From Candidatus Omnitrophota bacterium (GTDB taxonomy: Bacteria > Omnitrophota > Gorgyraeia > Gygaellales > Profunditerraquicolaceae): a stretch of 31,921 bases of DNA. Numbering within the stretch: position 1 is the stretch's first letter; each line of letters begins with the position of its first letter. The notes beneath the pieces were generated by a model. It ran no database searches. It was not told where the DNA came from and saw only the letters and a program-made list of their open reading frames with translations. The DNA is taken from positions 1-31,921 of the forward strand of contig JAQTNM010000001.1 in NCBI GenBank assembly GCA_028713875.1, given 5' to 3'. Made by a program: the position numbers and the translations under genes. Of the stretch, positions 26,406 to 31,921 are shown one piece after another.

Positions 26406-27851
26406 TTATTTTTCCGCAATCTTGAATTTTAAGCTGGCTATTTCCGCCTTTAAGCCTTCAATCTCTTTTTGCTGCTCTTTGACCCCTTCTACCAAAAGAG
26501 CAGTGATTTTAGAATAGTCCATGCCGTTGGCAAATCCAGATGCTTTGGGGTCATAGCTGACTACTTGGGGAAGCACTTTACCCACGTCTTCGGCAATAAA
26601 GCCGATGTCTTGAGAGCCGCCGTATTTGGGCTTCCATTTAAAATATACGCCCTGCAACTTCATGATCAGCTGCAATGCATTAGGTATAGGCTTTATGTTC
26701 TCTTTCCAGCGTATTGAAGAACCATTATGCCAAGAATGGTCGCTGACTGAATAATAGCCGCCTCCGCTTGCTTCCATAGTCAGCAGATAACCGGGGCTGG
26801 TGTTTGCGATACCGACATAGCCGCTGGCATTAATTCTGATCCTCTCGGCATTGACTGTTCCGATTGCCAGCTGTTCACTGCCGCCTAATGTGCCGATATA
26901 GGTGGTAGGATTCGTAGTTGTCCCGTTTCTTATGCCGAATGAACCGCGCGAACCTGTATTCGAATAAAATCTTGCCAGTATGGCATTATCAGTATCTGCG
27001 CCCTTTATATCTAAAGGATAAGCCGGGGTAGTCGTGCCGACGCCGACGTTGCCGCCGAAGGGGTTCAACGTTAAATTCCTAGCCGTAGAAGCGCTTGATG
27101 CAGACTGCAATGCCGGCGTATACCCGCCATAAACATCCGTGAGCAAAAGGTAACCGTCATAGGTGGCTGAGGCTACCCTAAAGCGGGCAATTGGCGTATT
27201 CCATGCATCTGATAAAGAAGTTGCCGTCCAATCACCACCGGCAACATGCAATTTCGCTGCCGGACTGCTCATCCCGATACCAACATTGCCAGACGGGAAA
27301 CTGACAGTATCAACGGTTGTACCGGTCCTGTCTACAACCATCCAATTTGCGATAGTTCCTTTACCCTGTGGGTATGTTTGAAATAGAAACTGGCCTGCCG
27401 AGCTCGCCTGTATGCCCCAGGATTTTTCCTGATCCGGAGCGCCAGGGCTATATAGTGCCAAATAATGATCCTGTAGCTCAAACAGAGACGTTCCCGTTGC
27501 CAAACTTGCCTGCCTGGAAGTCCCACCTACAATAACGTCCCCGCCTACCACGCTAAGTTTTGCCCCCGGGGTCACCGTCCCAATGCCGACATTACCCTCA
27601 ACCACCAAATCAGCATCGGTATCAATGGTATTGGTACAGGTGCCTCCCCAGCAGTAGGAGCTGCCGCTGACGTAGTTATCTCCTACGGCCATACGCTGGG
27701 CTCTCATCTCACGGTAGACTCCATATGGGGATGGGTAATAGGTGGTTACGGTGATGGATTCGTCAGCGGCAAAGAGAGCACCAGGGAAAAATAACGCTAT
27801 AGCCAAAGCGCTGACAGATAAAGAAAGTAAAGCCGATTTTAACTTAAGCAT
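26406..27851 (-). CDS. Secreted fibre/adhesin-like protein with GNVGIG repeats and a C-terminal peptidase S74 intramolecular chaperone
   Basis: Signal peptide ending ALFA, N-terminal TTYYPSPYG, four G[NY]VG[IV][GA] units, SSIRWKENIKPI...GFIAEDV...MDYSKITALLVEGVKEQQ coiled coil. SD AAGGAGG. Confidence 0.85.
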   Translation of the reverse strand: MLKLKSALLSLSVSALAIALFFPGALFAADESITVTTYYPSPYGVYREMRAQRMAVGDNYVSGSSYCWGGTCTNTIDTDADLVVEGNVGIGTVTPGAKLSVVGGDVIVGGTSRQASLATGTSLFELQDHYLALYSPGAPDQEKSWGIQASSAGQFLFQTYPQGKGTIANWMVVDRTGTTVDTVSFPSGNVGIGMSSPAAKLHVAGGDWTATSLSDAWNTPIARFRVASATYDGYLLLTDVYGGYTPALQSASSASTARNLTLNPFGGNVGVGTTTPAYPLDIKGADTDNAILARFYSNTGSRGSFGIRNGTTTNPTTYIGTLGGSEQLAIGTVNAERIRINASGYVGIANTSPGYLLTMEASGGGYYSVSDHSWHNGSSIRWKENIKPIPNALQLIMKLQGVYFKWKPKYGGSQDIGFIAEDVGKVLPQVVSYDPKASGFANGMDYSKITALLVEGVKEQQKEIEGLKAEIASLKFKIAEK

Positions 27852-27864
27852 CGCAACCCTCCTT

Positions 27865-29367
27865 TTATTTTATCGCTGTCCCCAGTTGGTTCACTGGAGC
27901 GAAATTATCGGTGAAGATAGCAGCATTCAAGACATTGATAGGCATTAATGTACAACGGCTATCTTTCAAAATCTTACCCACATCAAGCGGCTTATCAGAC
28001 GCTATCAGCACAAAGAGAAATGAACAATCAAATGCGTAAACATTCTTAAAAACGGATTGAAGCGTAACATACTCGGATTTAAGAAAATTATCATTGTTCA
28101 CTACCATCATGACAAAGGTTCCGGGTTCTCTAAGGCGGGCCTTTATCTCCCGGAAAAACTCCTGAGTGGTAAGATGCGGCGGGATGCTGTAGGTACCCCT
28201 GTCATATTTGAATGCGTCCATCTCAATCAAGTCGTATTTTTTACCCGTCTTTTTTAAGAACATGCGCGCGTCCTCATTGAACAAATGCAGGTTTTTACCT
28301 GGCAAAAGCCCGAAATATTCCTGCGCTGCCTGTAAAACTTTATCATTTATATCTACGGCATCTACCTTCATATTGTCTTTTCCCGCAAGCCTTCCCGCGA
28401 CCAACCCTGGACCTACCCCGAGGTTGAGCACTTCTTTTTGTCGGCCATCCAACAACGCCAGCGCTTCAAAGCAATCGACATACCCCCAGGCAGGGACAGT
28501 CTTGAACTTATCCGCGATAAATATCTCGCCCATTACCCCGCCATTAATATACATTGAGCGTATGCCGCTATGGTCTCTTACTTCCACTGTGCCGTAAAGT
28601 GATTCTGCGGTAAAAGATATTTTTTGCTGAGGTACCCCGTTAATTTTTCCAAGGCGATGTTCACCGGTATTGACATTCGGCTTTAGCGATGTATCAATGC
28701 CTCCGGACGGCGCCTTGAATCCACCGGAAAATAACCGGAATAATAAAATAATGGCGAACGCACAGAAAATATAAATTCTGTGTTTTCTGGCCAGCAGTAA
28801 AGATACCATGAATAAACATGCGCTCAGCCCAAAAAAGATCGTACTAAGAGGCACCCAAAGAACAAGCCAGAACGTTGTAAAAAGGGTCCCCAAGACGCTC
28901 CCGAGAGTAGAGGTGGCATAAAGGTTACCCGATGTTTCTCCTATTTTTTCCAGTTTTTTCGCCATTAGTTTTATTGCAAAGGGAGAAACCGCGCCAAGCA
29001 AAATACTGGGAAGAAAAAAAAGCATCGTAACCGCGACCAAGGGAGCAATTACGGTAGGAACACCAGAGAAGAACGCTATGCCGTGCCTATAGAATAAGGG
29101 GACAAGCGCCACCAACAACCCCGCCAATGCAATAATTGCTGCTAAAAAATCCTCGCTCGGTTTTTTATCGGCGAGGTGTCCGCCGAAATAATACCCCAGG
29201 CTCAACCCCCCCAGCATAACGCTGATAATAGACCCCCAGACATAAACGGTGCCGCCGTAGTCTGCCGCCAAAAGCCTGCTGCCGGAAATTTCCAAAGCCA
29301 TCAAAACGGCGCCGCATACAAAAACAGCACTCTCCATTATTATATTTTTTAAAATTATTTTTTTCAC
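27865..29367 (-). CDS. Fused MFS-like membrane domain / spermidine-synthase-like SAM-binding domain protein
   Basis: About 7 TM helices (MALEISGSRLLA...GNLYATSTLGSVLGT), then VLNLGVGPG, VDIN, EDARMFL, YDLIEMDAF, IPPHLTTQEFF. Confidence 0.88.
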   Translation of the reverse strand: MKKIILKNIIMESAVFVCGAVLMALEISGSRLLAADYGGTVYVWGSIISVMLGGLSLGYYFGGHLADKKPSEDFLAAIIALAGLLVALVPLFYRHGIAFFSGVPTVIAPLVAVTMLFFLPSILLGAVSPFAIKLMAKKLEKIGETSGNLYATSTLGSVLGTLFTTFWLVLWVPLSTIFFGLSACLFMVSLLLARKHRIYIFCAFAIILLFRLFSGGFKAPSGGIDTSLKPNVNTGEHRLGKINGVPQQKISFTAESLYGTVEVRDHSGIRSMYINGGVMGEIFIADKFKTVPAWGYVDCFEALALLDGRQKEVLNLGVGPGLVAGRLAGKDNMKVDAVDINDKVLQAAQEYFGLLPGKNLHLFNEDARMFLKKTGKKYDLIEMDAFKYDRGTYSIPPHLTTQEFFREIKARLREPGTFVMMVVNNDNFLKSEYVTLQSVFKNVYAFDCSFLFVLIASDKPLDVGKILKDSRCTLMPINVLNAAIFTDNFAPVNQLGTAIK

Positions 29368-29456
29368 TATTTGTCCTGGGCAGGCTTAGTCGCCTATGGC
29401 AAGAAAAAGTCCAGAAAAATAAAGCTATCGCATCTTTTCATCATGTTAATAGTAAT

Positions 29457-29484
29457 AAAATACCTTGATATGTTGGTTTGTCAA
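29457..29484 (-). promoter_or_regulatory. Candidate sigma70 promoter of the two-gene accessory unit
   Basis: TTGACA (29484-29479), 16-nt spacer, TATTTT (29462-29457). Confidence 0.5.
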
Positions 29485-29491
29485 TAACAAT

Positions 29492-30775
29492 TTAATCGGC
29501 ATGCCGGGCTGATACGTAATCCTGGATTATTGTTTTTAATTTAACCGCAACTATCTTATTTTTAAGCTTGAGCCCTGACTTAAATAATACCCGGATGTAA
29601 TTACCGGTGTAGCCCTGCCAGAAACCTTCCCGCGTCTTGCCTTCAACCAACACCGGCATGTTTCTGCCTACAAAACGTCTTTTGTAATTGAAACTGCTGT
29701 CTTGGCTTACTTTCTGCAGGCGCTCAAACCTGTCTTTAACCAGCCGCGGATCAAGCTCTCCCCTGAATCTCCTGAAAGCAGCGGTTCCTTCTCTTGACGA
29801 ATACGGGAAAACATGCACTTTGAGGGGCGAGATCTTTTTAATTAACTGCGCCGTATTTTTAAAATGGGCCTCCTTTTCCTCCGGAAAACCCACTATGACA
29901 TCGGTGCTGATGGCAATTTCCGGGATGCGTCTTTTTATGCGACGGATAATTTCCAGGTAATCTTTTGCTGTATACGGCCGGTTCATTTTTTTAAGGACGG
30001 TGTCATCGCCGCTTTGCAAGGGGATATGCAAATGCCGGCATAATTTTTGCGAAGAAGATAATTTTGCAATCAACTTATCGGTAACATCATTGAGTTCTAT
30101 GGAGCTTAACCTTATACGCAATAGCCCTTCTATGTTTTCTAACTGCTCAATAACATCAACTATGTCCGCCTTAGGGTTAAGGTCCCTGCCGTATGCGCCC
30201 AGGCAGATACCGCATAAAACTATTTCCTGGAACCCGTTTTTTACCAACCCCCTTGCCTCCGCAACAATATACTCAAGCAGCCTGCTGCGCGAGTGGCCCC
30301 TGACTAAAGGCACTTTACAATATGAACAGAAATTATTGCAGCCGTCCTGTATTTTTAAAAAAGCGCGGGTGCGGCCGGAAAAACCGGATATGCCTTTACT
30401 CGCCGCGCTGGCCCCTTCCTTATGCCTTTTGAGGCGGAATCGGCCCTTAAGCTGCTTGAATAAATCACCCCTATCCTTATTTTTCACAATTAAGCTTACC
30501 CCGCCTATTTCTTTAATCCTGCCTGCGTCTAATTCAGTCAAACATCCGGTAACTATAATCTTTGCCTTGGGATTATTTTTTATTGCCTTGCGGATAATAT
30601 TAAGGGAATCAGAATCTGCGCGGTGGGTCACGGTGCAGGTATTGATGACACAGATATCCGCAGCCAAGCCGTTATCCAGCTCCCTAAACCCGTAATTAAT
30701 GAACTGCTCGCGGATAACCTGAGTATCATATTGATTAACCTTACAGCCTAATGTATAAAATTTTACTGTTTTCAT
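29492..30775 (-). CDS. mtaB: tRNA t6A37 methylthiotransferase MtaB
   Basis: LGCKVNQYD, INTCTVT, radical-SAM CNNFCSYC, HIPLQSGDD, DVIVGFP, C-terminal TRAM domain. Follows rsmE. Start set at ATG 30775. Confidence 0.93.
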   Translation of the reverse strand: MKTVKFYTLGCKVNQYDTQVIREQFINYGFRELDNGLAADICVINTCTVTHRADSDSLNIIRKAIKNNPKAKIIVTGCLTELDAGRIKEIGGVSLIVKNKDRGDLFKQLKGRFRLKRHKEGASAASKGISGFSGRTRAFLKIQDGCNNFCSYCKVPLVRGHSRSRLLEYIVAEARGLVKNGFQEIVLCGICLGAYGRDLNPKADIVDVIEQLENIEGLLRIRLSSIELNDVTDKLIAKLSSSQKLCRHLHIPLQSGDDTVLKKMNRPYTAKDYLEIIRRIKRRIPEIAISTDVIVGFPEEKEAHFKNTAQLIKKISPLKVHVFPYSSREGTAAFRRFRGELDPRLVKDRFERLQKVSQDSSFNYKRRFVGRNMPVLVEGKTREGFWQGYTGNYIRVLFKSGLKLKNKIVAVKLKTIIQDYVSARHAD

Positions 30776-30791
30776 AATCAATTTGCTTAAG

Positions 30792-30965
30792 TTGAATTTT
30801 AGGCTTTTGCTGGAGGCTGCATAAGAAAATTTTTGGCAAATGTCTGCGAGGAATTACGAGGAGCAGAGAACGCTAATCCGATACAGGCTACTCGGAGCGA
30901 CGAAGTAAGCCGAAGCAGACGGCAAAAATTTTCAGCAGCCGCAAGCAAAGCCTAAAATTACTCAA
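30792..30965. repeat. ~170-bp imperfect-palindrome element, full copy 2
   Basis: Termini TTGAATTTTAGGCTTTTGCT / AGCAAAGCCTAAAATTACTCAA. Core 30869-30894 is identical to copy 1. Confidence 0.9.
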
Positions 30966-30966
30966 T

Positions 30967-31701
30967 CTAACCCTGATACAGGAATTTTATGTAACTGGCA
31001 ACTGCTACCGCCGCCGTCTCTACCCGTAACACTTCTTTACCCAGCGAAACCGCCACGCATCCTGATTTTTTGGCCAACTCCACCTCTGCCGGAGAAAAAT
31101 CTCCTTCCGGCCCGATAAAAACCAGGATATTCTTTGCGCCTGAACCCCGCAGGACATCCTTCAGGCTTCTGCGCTCTCCTTCTAAAGTAGGAATCAATTT
31201 CAAGTCGTAACCTTTGGCCCCGGACAATGCCTCTTTTACGCTCTGCACCGGCTCAATAACCGGCAGCGAACTTCTCTGGCTCTGCTGGCTTGCGCTTTGC
31301 GCCACATTGCGCCAATGGCCAAGGCGCAGTTCTTTTTTTTTCTTATCCAGCCTGACTATCGTGCGTTCTGTTTCTAAAGGGATGACCCTGTCCACACCCA
31401 GCTGCGTAAGCTTATCAACAATATCGTCCATACTGGATTTTTTGGGTATGGCGCAGGCCAGGCTTAAAACCATATTCCGGGGTATGGCGCAGGCAGGATA
31501 AATCTTTTTTATATTCAAGGCAAGCGCGGGTTTAAGCTTTTCTACTGAGCAGAGATATTCGTTTGTTTTTTCATCAAAGACAATAACCTCTTGCCCGGCT
31601 TTAATCCGCAGCACGTCCTTGATATAATGCTGTTGTTTATTGTCCGCAATGGTTATTTTCTTGCCTGATATATTCTCTGAAGGCGCAAAGAATCTACGCA
31701 T
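30967..31701 (-). CDS. rsmE: 16S rRNA m3U1498 methyltransferase RsmE
   Basis: HYIKDVLR, KLTQLGV, AQSASQQSQR, FIGPEGDFS, LRVETAA. Start set at ATG 31701. Confidence 0.97.
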   Translation of the reverse strand: MRRFFAPSENISGKKITIADNKQQHYIKDVLRIKAGQEVIVFDEKTNEYLCSVEKLKPALALNIKKIYPACAIPRNMVLSLACAIPKKSSMDDIVDKLTQLGVDRVIPLETERTIVRLDKKKKELRLGHWRNVAQSASQQSQRSSLPVIEPVQSVKEALSGAKGYDLKLIPTLEGERRSLKDVLRGSGAKNILVFIGPEGDFSPAEVELAKKSGCVAVSLGKEVLRVETAAVAVASYIKFLYQG

Positions 31702-31705
31702 AGCC

Positions 31706-31921
31706 TTAATGTCTTGCAAATAATATTAAATTAATGCCCAGAAACACCATGATCAGCCCGCAAATAAAAGCAACTACCTTATAATAAGCCTCTTTCTGCT
31801 TCAGTAAAAAACGCGGGATTAGCCCGGAAAGTACCGCTAACACCAGCAAAGGCGATATGACCGTGCCCAGACCAAAAGCCAGGCAATAAACCAGGGCCTG
31901 CGCCCAGGTTTTGGAAACCAG
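31706..31921 (-). CDS. 3' end of a multi-TM protein, likely DsbD_2/TauE-SafE (cytochrome c biogenesis TM) family; partial
   Basis: Hand translation ...AQALVYCLAFGLGTVISPLLVLAVLSG...ICGLIMVFLGINLILFARH*. The AFGLGT motif is typical of the family. Confidence 0.65.
   Translation of the reverse strand: MVSKTWAQALVYCLAFGLGTVISPLLVLAVLSGLIPRFLLKQKEAYYKVVAFICGLIMVFLGINLILFARH

Noticed and set aside
26406-29367. Prophage remnant suggested by the S74 tail-fibre domain
   Set aside because: No integrase, structural or lysis genes are present, and the protein has a signal peptide plus host-type expression signals.
29394-29444. 16-codon upstream ORF (MMKRCDSFIFLDFFLP) as a leader peptide
   Set aside because: No attenuator hairpins, no SD and no relevant amino-acid run; expected by chance in AT-rich DNA.
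31333-31341. A9 run in rsmE (and 8-nt runs in alaS and the MFS fusion) as phase-variation tracts
   Set aside because: They encode Lys or Phe runs in intact frames and are too short to support a claim.
50-31501. All plus-strand ORFs in the track (e.g. 25547-26239, 30000-30695, 2873-3379)
   Set aside because: They are antisense shadows of well-conserved minus-strand genes and carry no recognisable motifs.

Overview
A 31.9-kb gene-dense core-genome window in which every credible gene lies on the minus strand. In transcription order (right to left): a partial DsbD_2/TauE-like membrane protein, rsmE, mtaB; a two-gene accessory unit (fused MFS/spermidine-synthase-like protein and a signal-peptide-bearing fibre protein with a peptidase S74 chaperone); a run of 19 tightly packed genes (recA, htrA/degP, recX, alaS, hisD, hisB, hisH, hisA, a peptidoglycan-binding lipoprotein, hisF, hisI, trpE, rpsP, yajC, fused secDF, a short mfd, surA-like, pdxA, rsmA); a stand-alone type IV pilin; and tRNA-Thr, rpmG, tRNA-Trp, secE, nusG, rplK, rplA, rplJ, rplL and a partial rpoB. 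rpoB, rpmG, both tRNAs and the right-edge gene are missing from the ORF track and were read by hand. Gene content suggests a PVC-group bacterium, probably Ca. Omnitrophota (inference only, no search run). Main observations: (1) a dispersed ~170-bp hairpin element with two full copies showing compensatory base changes around an invariant 26-nt core, plus an internally deleted copy, with the pilin bracketed by two of them; (2) a HisB that has lost two His ligands, apparently of the same Mn site, one replaced by Lys; (3) an AlaRS whose G3:U70-reading Asp motif is rewritten inside a low-GC patch; (4) a 628-aa Mfd lacking the autoinhibitory domains; (5) a secreted, self-processing trimeric fibre. 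No integrase, transposase, CRISPR array or rRNA was found.
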